64,000 bases of DNA from a virus (Duplodnaviria > Caudoviricetes): IMG/VR virus record IMGVR_UViG_3300021060_000040, positions 54,227 to 118,226 of that record; one strand, given 5' to 3'. Positions 11,612 through 21,047 of this stretch are shown in pieces. The translations under genes were made by a program, and so were the position numbers. The first letter of the stretch is position 1; each line of letters starts with the position of its first letter. The notes below the pieces were generated by a model, which saw nothing but the letters and a program-made list of their open reading frames with translations, did no database searches and was not told where the DNA came from.

Positions 11612-12588
11612 TGGCGAGCGTCGAGGAAATTCATAACATGGATCAGTATCAGGCCCTGCTGGGCCAAATTCTTGAGTCCGGTACGGTCAAGGGCGATCGG
11701 ACCGGCACCGGCACCAAGTCGATCTTCGGTCACCAGATGCGCTTCGACCTGACGAAGAGCTTTCCGCTGGTCACCGCCAAGCGGATCCATTTCAAGAGCG
11801 TCGTTCACGAGCTGCTCTGGATGCTGTCGGGCTTCACCAACGTGCAGCCGCTTCAGCGCGCCGGCGTCACGATCTGGGACGAATGGGCCGACGAGAACGG
11901 CGATCTGGGGCCGGTCTACGGCAAGCAGTGGCGCAGCTGGACCACCTACAAGCCCTGCATCGGCGGTGGCTTCCACCAGGACTCGATCGACCAGATCGGG
12001 GGTGTGGTTGCCGAGCTGAAGCGCAATCCGGACTCGCGCCGCCTGATTGTCTCTGCCTGGAACCCGGCCGACCTAGACCAGATGGCGTTGGCGCCGTGCC
12101 ACTGCCTGTTCCAGTTCAACACCCGGCCGATGACGCAAGATCAGCGCGTGGCTGAGCTGATCCGTCGACAGAATATTGGTCATAAGTGGAACGTGGCGTC
12201 CTTCAAGGCCCAGTATCCGCAGAGCACGGAGGTGGTGCTCGACTCCTACGATGTCCCGTCCCGCTACCTCGACTGCCAGCTCTACCAGCGCTCTGCCGAC
12301 GTGTTCCTGGGCGTCCCCTTCAACATCGCCTCGTACGCTCTGATGACCCACATGATCGCCGAGGTGACCGGCATGGTCGCGGGCGACTTCGTCTGGACCG
12401 GCGGCGACGTCCATCTCTATGCCAACCACTTCGAGCAGGCCCGGACCCTGCTCGAGCGTGAGCCCCGCGAGCCGCCGCAGATCCGGCTAACCCCGGGCGT
12501 GAAGGACCTGCTCGGCTTCCGGTACGAGGACATCGTCCTAGAGAAATACGATCCCCACCCGGCGATCGCCGCCCCCGTCGCGGTCTGA
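11611..12588 (+). CDS. thyA: Thymidylate synthase
   Basis: [40 protein letters not shown]; C-terminal VAV. Confidence 0.96.
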   Translation: MASVEEIHNMDQYQALLGQILESGTVKGDRTGTGTKSIFGHQMRFDLTKSFPLVTAKRIHFKSVVHELLWMLSGFTNVQPLQRAGVTIWDEWADENGDLGPVYGKQWRSWTTYKPCIGGGFHQDSIDQIGGVVAELKRNPDSRRLIVSAWNPADLDQMALAPCHCLFQFNTRPMTQDQRVAELIRRQNIGHKWNVASFKAQYPQSTEVVLDSYDVPSRYLDCQLYQRSADVFLGVPFNIASYALMTHMIAEVTGMVAGDFVWTGGDVHLYANHFEQARTLLEREPREPPQIRLTPGVKDLLGFRYEDIVLEKYDPHPAIAAPVAV

Positions 12589-12642
12589 GGACCCGTCACC
12601 CTGCTTCTGCAGCCGGTCGACGGCACTCGTGTGCCTCACCGC

Positions 12643-12658
12643 TTGCGTGATTGCAAAC
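12643..12658 (+). promoter_or_regulatory. TTGC-repeat motif copy (partial)
   Basis: TTGCGTGA TTGCAAAC. Confidence 0.55.
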
Positions 12659-12661
12659 GGA

Positions 12662-13114
12662 ATGAAAATGAAAGCGTCATCTCTGCTGCTCGCCGGCACC
12701 CTGTTCGTCTCCGCGGCTCACGTCCCCGAGGCCCAGGCCGAGCCGATCCACCAGCAGGTCACCCGGGCCGCCCTGGCCCATGGTGTTCCGCCGGCCCTGG
12801 CCCACGGGGTCGTGCGCGTGGAGAGCAACTATCGCTGCCACATCCGGGCCTCCGACGGCCTGTCGAGCGGCATCATGCAGGTCCGGCCGGGCACCGCCCG
12901 CAGCGTCGGAGTCCGAGGGAACCTGAACAACTGCGCCAGCGGCCTGGAGGCCGGGATGCGGTACCTGCGCCAGGCCCTGTCGGCGGCCCATGGCGACTGG
13001 TGCGTGGCCGCGTCGCTCTACAACCGCGGCGTCGGCGCCGGCCGGCGCTGCACCGCCTACGGCCGGAAAGTCATCCGGCTGTCCCCGTCCCGCCGCTCAT
13101 CCAGGGCAGGCTGA
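12662..13114 (+). CDS. Secreted SLT-family lytic transglycosylase
   Basis: Signal peptide; VES, GIMQV, GMRYL and YN.G motifs. Confidence 0.9.
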   Translation: MKMKASSLLLAGTLFVSAAHVPEAQAEPIHQQVTRAALAHGVPPALAHGVVRVESNYRCHIRASDGLSSGIMQVRPGTARSVGVRGNLNNCASGLEAGMRYLRQALSAAHGDWCVAASLYNRGVGAGRRCTAYGRKVIRLSPSRRSSRAG

Positions 13115-13115
13115 G

Positions 13116-13340
13116 ATGGCCGAGACGATCATGCAATACCGCATGTGGGTGCTCCGTCATTTCGACGATGGCGCCTGGTCGATCCCGCGTGAGAGCGTGA
13201 TGGGCGCGAGCAAGGGCCGCTCGGCACTCGCCTGGCTGCGCAGGAAGGCGCTGCTCGAGGAGGATCCCCAGTACCTCGGGATGCACCGGATCACCGACGC
13301 CGGCCGCGACGCGCTCGCCCGGCTCGAGGAATCGATGTGA
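13116..13340 (+). CDS. Hypothetical (wHTH-like) protein
   Basis: RITDAGR.AL wing-like motif; coupled to the next gene. Confidence 0.5.
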   Translation: MAETIMQYRMWVLRHFDDGAWSIPRESVMGASKGRSALAWLRRKALLEEDPQYLGMHRITDAGRDALARLEESM

Positions 13341-13675
13341 GCACGCGGGCCGACCACCCTCCCCTCGCCGAGCCGAGGACGCTGGCCGAACTCATCCGGG
13401 CGATCGAGATCCGGAATGCCAGCTACCTGTCCAGCACACGCGGTCTGCCGCGTGCTGGCAGCCAGCAGCTCAAGGACCTGATGATCACACCCGGGAAGGT
13501 CCTGAGCGAGCTCCTTTTGGTGATCGAGGGCGTGCCGGGCGGTGCCTACCCCATCCGCGACTTCCTCGGAGGGATCGGCCTGATCACCCGCTTCGGATTC
13601 GAAGACACGATCACGGAGGCCGGACTCGCGCTGGTGGGCCCGCGGTCGAAAGCCTCCGAGAAGGCTGCACGATGA
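13337..13675 (+). CDS. Hypothetical protein
   Basis: GTGA/ATGA overlaps. Confidence 0.55.
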   Translation: MSTRADHPPLAEPRTLAELIRAIEIRNASYLSSTRGLPRAGSQQLKDLMITPGKVLSELLLVIEGVPGGAYPIRDFLGGIGLITRFGFEDTITEAGLALVGPRSKASEKAAR

Positions 13676-14070
13676 CGGACCATGAGATCGCCGATCTGAT
13701 CTCCCAGATCACCTACAAACCGGGTTGGACCTGGATCGTCGGATACGATGGCCGCCTCTTCGTCCAGGCTTCGGTGTCGACCGACAGCGACCTGACGATG
13801 GATCCTACCGGCAAGTCGGCCGAGCGCACCCCCTGGAAGTCCGGCAAGCGCTACCTGTCGCCTCACATGTGCCGGCAGGAAATCATCGGCGCCGTGTTTG
13901 GCCTGATCCAAGATGCCGAGATGCACGAGGTCCGGGAGTGGTTCCGGTACCGCGGCGCCTCGATCTTCAATCCGCACCTGGATCCCGATGTCCTCGTGGA
14001 GGTCGCGCGGCGCAAAGCCTCGTTCAACTGCCGCGTGAACGCAATGAGCATGGTCGAGCCGCCCATCTGA
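13672..14070 (+). CDS. Hypothetical phage protein
   Basis: YKPGW...EMHEVREWFRY.G..IFNPH. Confidence 0.65.
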   Translation: MTDHEIADLISQITYKPGWTWIVGYDGRLFVQASVSTDSDLTMDPTGKSAERTPWKSGKRYLSPHMCRQEIIGAVFGLIQDAEMHEVREWFRYRGASIFNPHLDPDVLVEVARRKASFNCRVNAMSMVEPPI

Positions 14071-14144
14071 GCCGCCGATAGCGCCCAGGTCCGTCTCCGC
14101 CGACCCCAGAACCGATCCTAGAAACGCCTGCCCGAAGATAAGCC

Positions 14145-14654
14145 ATGAAGATCCCGCCGTCGGTCGCCGACGCTTTCGCGCTCGCCTTCGCCGCCAAACC
14201 GAACCTTGTGGTCACCTCCCCTCCCCCGACGCCGGCGCGACCGATTCCGGGCGAGGTGGTCCGGATGCGCTACGAAAACTGGCGCGGCGAGGTTTCCGTG
14301 CGGACCGTGTTGGTCGAGACGGTCTGGTTCGGCTCCACTGAATGGCACCCACAGAAGCAGTGGATGTTCACGGCGCACGAGCCCAAGACTCGCAAGGAGC
14401 GCGACTTCGCGATCGCCGGCGTGCTCGAGTGGGACTTGCCGGAGAAGCCCGCCAAGGAGCCGCGCTTCTGGATCGTCTGGAATCCGGCGCATCCGACGAC
14501 GCCGACCCTGAAGCACAAGAAAAAGGTGTCGGCCGAGATCGCTGCGAAGAAGCTGTGTCGCAAGCACCCGGACCAGGCCGAGAGCATCTTCGTCATGCAG
14601 GCCACCTCGGCGTGGACGATGGGTGAGGAGCGTCCGAAGGGGCGGCACTTCTGA
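14145..14654 (+). CDS. WYL-like domain protein
   Basis: YENWRGE...R.V....WFGSTEWH...QW...A......RDFAI. Confidence 0.65.
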   Translation: MKIPPSVADAFALAFAAKPNLVVTSPPPTPARPIPGEVVRMRYENWRGEVSVRTVLVETVWFGSTEWHPQKQWMFTAHEPKTRKERDFAIAGVLEWDLPEKPAKEPRFWIVWNPAHPTTPTLKHKKKVSAEIAAKKLCRKHPDQAESIFVMQATSAWTMGEERPKGRHF

Positions 14655-14956
14655 TGGGCCCGATCGGATTCACGAACGAGGTCAGCACCGCGCTCGACGT
14701 GAGGCGGCCTGCCAGATGCCAGGAGTTGGCGCGACAGGACTTGGCTCGGCTCAGGGATGCCGCCAAGGCTGCTCACGCTCCCTTGCATCACGAATACGTC
14801 GACAGCGTCGCCGAGGACATCGTCTGCGCCGTCCTCGACGAGCTGATGAAGCCCAGCGAGCTGAGGCTCAACCTATCCATTGAGGCGATTATGGAGGGCG
14901 AGCCCCCGTCCAGCCTCATGGCCACCTATCTGCAGGCGCTGAAGGACGCAGCATGA
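14654..14956 (+). CDS. Hypothetical protein
   Basis: TGATG/ATGA coupling. Confidence 0.55.
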   Translation: MGPIGFTNEVSTALDVRRPARCQELARQDLARLRDAAKAAHAPLHHEYVDSVAEDIVCAVLDELMKPSELRLNLSIEAIMEGEPPSSLMATYLQALKDAA

Positions 14957-15237
14957 ACATCAACCACATCGCCGGCTGCACCAAGATTCTTGGCACGCCA
15001 CCCGATTGGAATCCGAGTGTACCCTGCAAGGGGCTGCCCGTCCGGCATCAGGAGGTCGACGGGATGCAGTGCGTGATCTCGTCCTGGCAGCCGACTGACG
15101 AAGAGCTGTGGCTTCTGGTGGAGGGCTATCCGGTCATCCTCTACGTCGCCGGTAACACCACACCGGCGGTATCTCTCCAAGTCGGAGACCGGTTTGCGCC
15201 TATTCAGGATGAAAAGCCCGATGCCGTCGCCGCGTGA
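14953..15237 (+). CDS. Hypothetical phage protein
   Basis: LG.P.DW....C..LPV...S.W.PT.EE pattern. Confidence 0.65.
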   Translation: MNINHIAGCTKILGTPPDWNPSVPCKGLPVRHQEVDGMQCVISSWQPTDEELWLLVEGYPVILYVAGNTTPAVSLQVGDRFAPIQDEKPDAVAA

Positions 15238-15580
15238 GATCGAGCGCGAGGCTCGCGCCTACTGCGAGAAATTCGGCCTGGATCCGGACGAGGACGTCGG
15301 TGGCTACTTCGACACGGGTGAGGGGCGTGCCGAGTGGACCCGAGCGCCGCGATGGAGCTGGTACAAAGGTGCGAATCTAAGCCAGGACGCCCCACTGACG
15401 GGGTTCCAAAAAGCCATCTTGGAGCAGCAGGCCGCGCGTGACGCTGCGCTCGCTCTGAGCCGGGCTCAGAAACGTGGACAGCCGCCAGCATTCGTTCGGG
15501 TCGACATACCCCTGAACGTTGGTGTTTACCTGGCGCGGATGGTTCCGAGAGAAGCTCTGGAAGGAACCCGGCTCAGCTGA
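15221..15580 (+). CDS. Hypothetical protein
   Basis: Last ORF of the + run; start uncertain. Confidence 0.5.
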   Translation: MPSPREIEREARAYCEKFGLDPDEDVGGYFDTGEGRAEWTRAPRWSWYKGANLSQDAPLTGFQKAILEQQAARDAALALSRAQKRGQPPAFVRVDIPLNVGVYLARMVPREALEGTRLS

Positions 15581-15584
15581 TGCG

Positions 15585-16286
15585 TCAGAAGGCGCTACGA
15601 AGCTCGACTTCGCGGCGCATTCTCCCGAATGCATCTCGCTTCAGCAGCCCGAACCTTTCCCCGTAGTTCTCCATATCTTCTGAATCTGACGTGGGGGGCG
15701 CGAATTGCCCCCGATTCGCAGCAAGGATGAGACCTCGGGCCGCGATCGCCCTCCCCGGCTTCGACAGGCGCATGCTCGCCAGCCACTCCGGCGACACGAT
15801 ACGGATGATGCTCGGGTCGTTGCGTCGGTGTCCTGTCTTGCGCTGCTCGACCGTGATCAAGCCGAGGGCCCGCGCTTCCCGGATCGTGCGCTTCACTGTG
15901 GTCTTCGACACCCCGGCGAGGGCGGCGACTTTCTCATGGCAAAGGCGGCACTCCCCTCCCCGGCTCACCTCTCGGGTGATCACTTGGAGGACAGCGCGCT
16001 CGGCTTGGGTGAACCGGCCAGCTATGGCGGTTGGAATCTCACCTGTGGACGAGAGCTGTCGACGCCTGATCATGCTCTCTGGAGTCCTCGGCCTGGAGCC
16101 GTTTCGAGAGCGGCGAGGCTGCGGTGCGACCCCGACCTGGACGATGTCGCACAGGCCCGACAGCTCGACGTACTGAGCTTCGGTGATGGCCTCGGAGCAG
16201 AAGGCCTGGTTGATCATGGCTCTGAACGTGGGCAGCCGGTCCCGCGGCGCGGCCGCGATGGCGCACCGAATCCCTTGAATATCCAT
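15585..16286 (-). CDS. wHTH DNA-binding protein, candidate replication initiator
   Basis: AERAVL...C.LCHEKVAALAGVSKTTVKRTIREARALGLITVEQR (HTH_36-like); divergent from parA; Rep function inferred from context only. Confidence 0.6.
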   Translation of the reverse strand: MDIQGIRCAIAAAPRDRLPTFRAMINQAFCSEAITEAQYVELSGLCDIVQVGVAPQPRRSRNGSRPRTPESMIRRRQLSSTGEIPTAIAGRFTQAERAVLQVITREVSRGGECRLCHEKVAALAGVSKTTVKRTIREARALGLITVEQRKTGHRRNDPSIIRIVSPEWLASMRLSKPGRAIAARGLILAANRGQFAPPTSDSEDMENYGERFGLLKRDAFGRMRREVELRSAF

Positions 16287-16420
16287 CCTTCGACCCTCTC
16301 GGGCCGTGCAGTCGACAGGCCAGCCGACATCGTTGCGAGAATTGGCGTTCTCGCTTGACATCGCGATGGCTGTCGCTAGGGTGGGGGTGTTGTTGGTCCC
16401 CGCGAAAGCGACTCGAATTC

Positions 16421-16452
16421 GAAGCCCTTCAGGTTGGCGCCTGGGGGGCTTC
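16421..16452. promoter_or_regulatory. Strong hairpin in the leader of the rep-like gene
   Basis: GAAGCCCTTCAGG-TTGGCG-CCTGGGGGGCTTC. Confidence 0.5.
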
Positions 16453-16604
16453 ATTCGTTTCTGGCGCCTGCTACGGCATCGGTTTCTCCTCGGCGGTCCC
16501 TCGAGATCGCGCAGAATCGCTGCTAATCTGGGACTGCATTGCGCACTGACGCACGATTCTTAACCGTCGTCAACTTGCACGCAAACGGAACGCAAACGGA
16601 TCGG

Positions 16605-17572
16605 CGCCCTGTTGGCCCTTCGGTTTTATGCCCTCTTGCCCCGTGATCCCACGGCTCCTAAGGGTCGTGGCACTTGCGGTCCTCAGTCCTTACGGATCAT
16701 AGGGTTGTGGGGCAAAAGGGCCGTTGCCCCGTTGGTTTTTGGGCCGCCGGACCCCCTGACCTTTGGGGTTAGCGGCCATTCGGGCCGAGGGACCATGGCC
16801 CTATCGCCTTGACGGCCGATCGGCCCATAGTGCAAACGGGCGCTCGACCCATAGGTATGGGGGGTCATCGGGCAACGGAAGCGTGGGGCGTTGGGGTTGG
16901 CGGCCTAAGGGCCAACCGATCTAACGGGTCACGGGTCCGTAGCCCAAAGATCTTGTAGGACAACGGGCCCGCTGCCCGGTAGGGTCAGGGTTCTGTAGGC
17001 CCATGGTGCCCAAGGGCTGTGGCCCGCTGGGGTTATGGGGCTCTGGTGCTGTAGGTTCATTGGCCATTGGCCCCTTTGTCCCGCGGGCCTAGCGGTAATT
17101 GGGTCCGAGGGATTGAAGGCCGAGTGGGTTGTTGACCCGTCGGGCCGTAGGCCAGCGAACCCGTAGGGCTAAAGGGCAGCGACCCGTGCGGGTCGAGGGA
17201 ACGGCGGTTTGTTGCCCTAGAGGCCTATGTGCCGCCAGGAGCGTTGGTCTGTAGGGCAATCGGGTGCTGGGCCGATGGCCCGATGGCCCGATGGCCCAAA
17301 AGACCCTTGGCCTTGTAGGGCGATAGGGTAACGGCCCCATCGATCCATCGGACTGTTGCCCGATGGGGCTAAAGGACGGTCGGTTCTTAGGTTTGAGGAT
17401 CTGTTGGAACGTTGGTCCGTAGGCGCGTGGGGCCATGGGAGTGAGGTGCGGAAACCCCGTTGCCCCACTGTCTCGTGGCCCTGTTGGTTTACGGCCCGTT
17501 GGGCTTTTCGGGCTAAAACACCACAACGCCGTTGGGTGTCGGCCCTACGACCACACAACCCACTAGGGCAGG
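16605..17572. repeat. ~121 in-register degenerate 8-bp units (putative parS/ori array)
   Basis: 8-mers counted from 16605 give NG(G/C)NYNN(T) units with no register break, e.g. GGCCCGAT GGCCCGAT GGCCCAAA. Confidence 0.9.
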
Positions 17573-17581
17573 AGGGCAGCG

Positions 17582-18241
17582 GTGCCGGTCATTAGCGTGT
17601 CATCTACGAAGGGCGGGGTCGGCAAAACGACCCTCGTAATCTGCCTCGCCGAGGCCGTGGCCCAGCAGGGCGGCAGCGTTGCCGTCCTGGATGCTGATCC
17701 GAACGGTCACGTCTCCACCTGGTACGATGTCGCGAAGGAAGAGACCGACACGAAGGTGAAGGTCATTCCCGGCGTGACCGAGGCAAACATCCACGACCAT
17801 ATCGACGCCGTCGTAGACGACTATTCCATCGTTCTGATCGATCTGGAGGGCGCTGCATCGCAGATCGTCACCTTCGCGATCGCCCGCAGCGACCTGGTGC
17901 TGATACCGACCAGAAGTTCCGCGATGGACCTGCAGGAGGTGTTCCGGACACACGATCAGGTCCGGCATGCCGAGCGGATGCTGAAGCGGCCGATCAAAGC
18001 CCGTGCCGTCTTCTGCCAGGTGCCTGGCCTAGTAAACAAGGTCCAGTCACACGCCGTCTCCGAGGTTGAGAGGAGGGGGGTGCCGTGCCTGAACGCGCAA
18101 GTGTTGATGCGCCCGGCTGCCTACGCTCAGATCCACTTCACCGGCGTAACCCCGGCACATCCTGAGGGCGATCCCAAGGCGCGACGCGAGATCCACAGCG
18201 TGCTCGAAGAAATTCTCACCATTTTCCGTGAGGATGCGTGA
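17582..18241 (+). CDS. parA: ParA-family Walker ATPase (short type Ib, no N-terminal HTH)
   Basis: KGGVGKTT, LDADPN, VLIDLEG, SDLVLIP; GGAGG RBS. Confidence 0.93.
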   Translation: MPVISVSSTKGGVGKTTLVICLAEAVAQQGGSVAVLDADPNGHVSTWYDVAKEETDTKVKVIPGVTEANIHDHIDAVVDDYSIVLIDLEGAASQIVTFAIARSDLVLIPTRSSAMDLQEVFRTHDQVRHAERMLKRPIKARAVFCQVPGLVNKVQSHAVSEVERRGVPCLNAQVLMRPAAYAQIHFTGVTPAHPEGDPKARREIHSVLEEILTIFREDA

Positions 18242-18741
18242 TGCGTCGCCCGTTCAAACCTGCTCCCGAACCAAAACCCGTGCCCGGGTCCGGCTCCGAG
18301 GAGTCGGCGCCCCGGCCGGCAATGCCTCTCCCTGGTTCTTCGGCACGCCGGGATCCGGAAGCGGAGAAGGAGCTTGTTCGCGCCACGGCCGATCTCGGGT
18401 TCTCCCGGGAAAGCCATGCAGCACGGACTTCGGCGCCGGAGCCGACGCCTCCGACTGAGCCCGTAACGCCGCCGGAACCGGAAGCGGAACCAGACCCCGC
18501 ACCGGCCCGTGCGCCAACGACAGCAAAGCGCGTCGCAAAGAAGCCACTGCCGGCCCCTGTGGTGTCGGAGTCGAGTTGGAGCATCAAGTTCGACGCTGAC
18601 GACACCCTCTATACCGAGCTGCTGCTCGAGTCGCGTAAGCGGCGCGTGACCTTGAAGTACCTGATTCTGGAGATCCTCAAGGCTCAGGGGTATACGGTCG
18701 ACCTCGACAAGGCCCAGCAAGACGGTCGGCGGAACAGGTAG
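18238..18741 (+). CDS. ParA partner, putative centromere-binding protein (RHH-like C-terminus)
   Basis: GTGA-coupled to parA; Pro-rich disordered N-terminus, then strand-helix-helix SIKFD...LYTELL...TLKYLILEILK. Confidence 0.65.
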   Translation: MMRRPFKPAPEPKPVPGSGSEESAPRPAMPLPGSSARRDPEAEKELVRATADLGFSRESHAARTSAPEPTPPTEPVTPPEPEAEPDPAPARAPTTAKRVAKKPLPAPVVSESSWSIKFDADDTLYTELLLESRKRRVTLKYLILEILKAQGYTVDLDKAQQDGRRNR

Positions 18742-18774
18742 GGGAGGGGGGGGCGAAGATCCGAGGACTAGGAC

Positions 18775-19062
18775 ATGGGTAGGCACATAGAGCTCAAAAC
18801 GACTGTCGGCGCTTCAAGTACGTTGATTGATCGGGATATGCTGTTTGTCATGACTGAGACGAATGTCATGGCGGAGCTGCACGAGTTGCTTGACGCCTTG
18901 GAGACTGAGGCTCAGCTGCGCGGTGAGATCCTCGACCGGCTCTCAAAGCGGATCAACGCGATCTCGGAGAGGATTGCGCGTGGGGTTGTCCGCGAAGTCG
19001 ATAATCTACTTGTAGGACGCCCCGAGTTGCCGGGTGCTTACATGTTGCCGGCTCGCGAATAG
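18775..19062 (+). CDS. Hypothetical protein
   Basis: ORF with coiled-coil character; start uncertain. Confidence 0.35.
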   Translation: MGRHIELKTTVGASSTLIDRDMLFVMTETNVMAELHELLDALETEAQLRGEILDRLSKRINAISERIARGVVREVDNLLVGRPELPGAYMLPARE

Positions 19063-19241
19063 CCGCGAGCGTCTCTGTAATAATTCCGACATAGAGCGGC
19101 ATTCTGCACAGGTCAAAAATATCTAAGTGACAACATTGTGCAAGGTCGCCATTTGCGCTTGCAAGCGGAGCGCAAATGCGGCATCCCGGCTCGATAGATC
19201 CGACGGCAGTCCGAGGATCAATCGCCTTCTGCTAGGGAGCA

Positions 19242-19658
19242 GTGGACGTCGCCATGAAATGGTACGCTACAGTTGTATTCCGGTCGGAGGAGTTTGGGTC
19301 TATCGACGTCGAGTTCTTCTTCAACAGTATGGGGGATCTGGAAGATCTAATCAAAAATCACCCGAGCGCAGAGTCCGTTTCGGAAGTGAGGATGATTCCG
19401 GCTGCGATCGCTGAGCTTCCGGACAGGCTGACACCGACACTGGAATCACTTGTTCGCCGCTTGGAGGCAGTTGATGTAATAAAAAATGCGGCGGTTGAAG
19501 GGGCTCGACAGGTCGTCGAACGCTCTAGATATGCCGAGCAACTTGTAGGAGATTATGCACATGGACAACCGCAAGTGTGTCAACTGGTTGGCCTGCTGCA
19601 ACTTTGCAGCCCTCTCTCTACTCCTGGGGATGTCGAACCCTTCGCTCGCGCAAGATAA
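19242..19658 (+). CDS. Hypothetical protein
   Basis: ORF; 3' end overlaps the next ORF. Confidence 0.4.
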   Translation: MDVAMKWYATVVFRSEEFGSIDVEFFFNSMGDLEDLIKNHPSAESVSEVRMIPAAIAELPDRLTPTLESLVRRLEAVDVIKNAAVEGARQVVERSRYAEQLVGDYAHGQPQVCQLVGLLQLCSPLSTPGDVEPFARAR

Positions 19659-19827
19659 CGTCCGCGAGCGGAATGCGCTCATCGACATCGCCATCGAACA
19701 GGCCAAGCAGAGCGAGATGATGCGGTTGCAGGAGCAGCGTGAACACGAGCGGGCTTGGCGTGAGTCGAACGACCGGGTCAACGCAGCGCGCGACGCTATC
19801 TCTGCCCGTCGATTCGACAAGAAATAG
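19561..19827 (+). CDS. Putative exported protein
   Basis: Signal-like N-terminus ending SLA-Q. Confidence 0.45.
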   Translation: MDNRKCVNWLACCNFAALSLLLGMSNPSLAQDNVRERNALIDIAIEQAKQSEMMRLQEQREHERAWRESNDRVNAARDAISARRFDKK

Positions 19828-19886
19828 ATATCAGGCCCCCGCCGCGGCCTTCGGCCAATCGAGGGCCGAGACTGGTTTACAATCCA

Positions 19887-20273
19887 ATGGGGTCACGGAT
19901 CTTCGTCTTCGGCTCGAACACCGAGGGGCGGCACGGCATAGGTGCCGCCAAGTTCGCTGTTGAGCACTACGGCGCGATCTACGGACAAGCCGAGGGCTTG
20001 CAGGGATCGTCATACGGCATCCCGACTCGAGACGGCCGCCCGCGCAAAATTACGAGCCTGCCGCTCTCGACCATCACGTTCCACGTCGTGCGCTTCATTC
20101 TGTTCGCGCGTTCGCGACCGGACCTGCGTTTCAACGTCACCCGGATCGGCTGCGGGAAGGCCGGCTTCCAGGATCTCGATATGGCGCCGCTGTTCTACGG
20201 TGCTCCCGACAATTGCGACCTGCCGGAAGGCTGGCGAGTGATCGCCGCCCAAACCCACGGGCGCGCAACGTAG
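19887..20273 (+). CDS. Macro-domain-like phage protein
   Basis: IFVFGSN..GRHG.GAA...G..EG..G.SY.IPT...VTRIGCG.AG. Confidence 0.75.
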   Translation: MGSRIFVFGSNTEGRHGIGAAKFAVEHYGAIYGQAEGLQGSSYGIPTRDGRPRKITSLPLSTITFHVVRFILFARSRPDLRFNVTRIGCGKAGFQDLDMAPLFYGAPDNCDLPEGWRVIAAQTHGRAT

Positions 20274-20291
20274 CTGGAGAAGGGGAGGGGG

Positions 20292-20669
20292 ATGCTACGC
20301 CCGGACAATGCCACTCAGGACGTGGACTGCGCTGGCTGCACGGCCTGCTGCCGGCGAGAGCTCGTTGTCCTGCAGCCGTTCGAGAGCCCGGTCGGCTATC
20401 GGACGAAGGAGAACATCAATCCGCTGAGCGGCAAGCCCGAGCGTGTCCTCGAGCACCGGGAGAACGGCGACTGCGTCTACCTGGGGGAGGGCGGTTGCAC
20501 CATCTACGAGCGGCGGCCGGCCATGTGCCGCGGCTTCTCCTGCGCCGGCCTGGTTCGCAGCCTTTCGGCGCAGATCCCCAGGCAGCTGCGCCGCAAAATG
20601 CTCCGGGACGGCCGGCTGGACGCGGCCGTTTGGGATGCCGGCAGCCGCCGGCTTCAGGCTCAGCCATGA
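20292..20669 (+). CDS. YkgJ-like Cys-cluster (Zn/Fe-chelating) protein
   Basis: CxGCxxCC...C.YL...GC.IY..RP..CR.F.C. Confidence 0.85.
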   Translation: MLRPDNATQDVDCAGCTACCRRELVVLQPFESPVGYRTKENINPLSGKPERVLEHRENGDCVYLGEGGCTIYERRPAMCRGFSCAGLVRSLSAQIPRQLRRKMLRDGRLDAAVWDAGSRRLQAQP

Positions 20670-20878
20670 GCGCTCGGCCGGGGCGGCCCTTCTCCCCCAA
20701 CGATGCGCAACGGGAGTGGCTGCGCCGCTTCGATGGCTCAAGCGCATACATTCCGGGCGCGAGGATCACGATCGCCGAGCTCCACGAGCTGCTGGACGCC
20801 GGACTCTTGGTGCTGTCCAAATCGCTCGCTGGCTACAGCCGGGCTCAGGCCGAGCCGGAGATGCGCGAGGCGGTCTGA
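20666..20878 (+). CDS. Hypothetical protein
   Basis: ATGA overlap. Confidence 0.45.
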   Translation: MSARPGRPFSPNDAQREWLRRFDGSSAYIPGARITIAELHELLDAGLLVLSKSLAGYSRAQAEPEMREAV

Positions 20879-21047
20879 AGGTGTGGAAATCGAACCCTCT
20901 CGGATTGACCGCGTCCGTGGGCACTGGCATCAAAATGGGGCTCCCGCCGGCTTCGGCCCTACGGGGGCACGAAGGCTCGAACGGGGATGAATCATTCCCC
21001 CGGCGGGCCTTCACCTTTTCGGCCCCCCGATCGTTAGGGGGGGCGCG

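Noticed and set aside
16605-17572. CRISPR array or protein-coding interpretation of the 8-mer tract
   Set aside because: No 25-45-nt repeats with spacers and no cas genes; period 8 is not a codon multiple and the ORFs there are low-information Pro/Gly/Arg strings
20880-21047. tRNA-like GTTCGA fragments and hairpins
   Set aside because: No complete cloverleaf could be built; may be a short ORF or terminator
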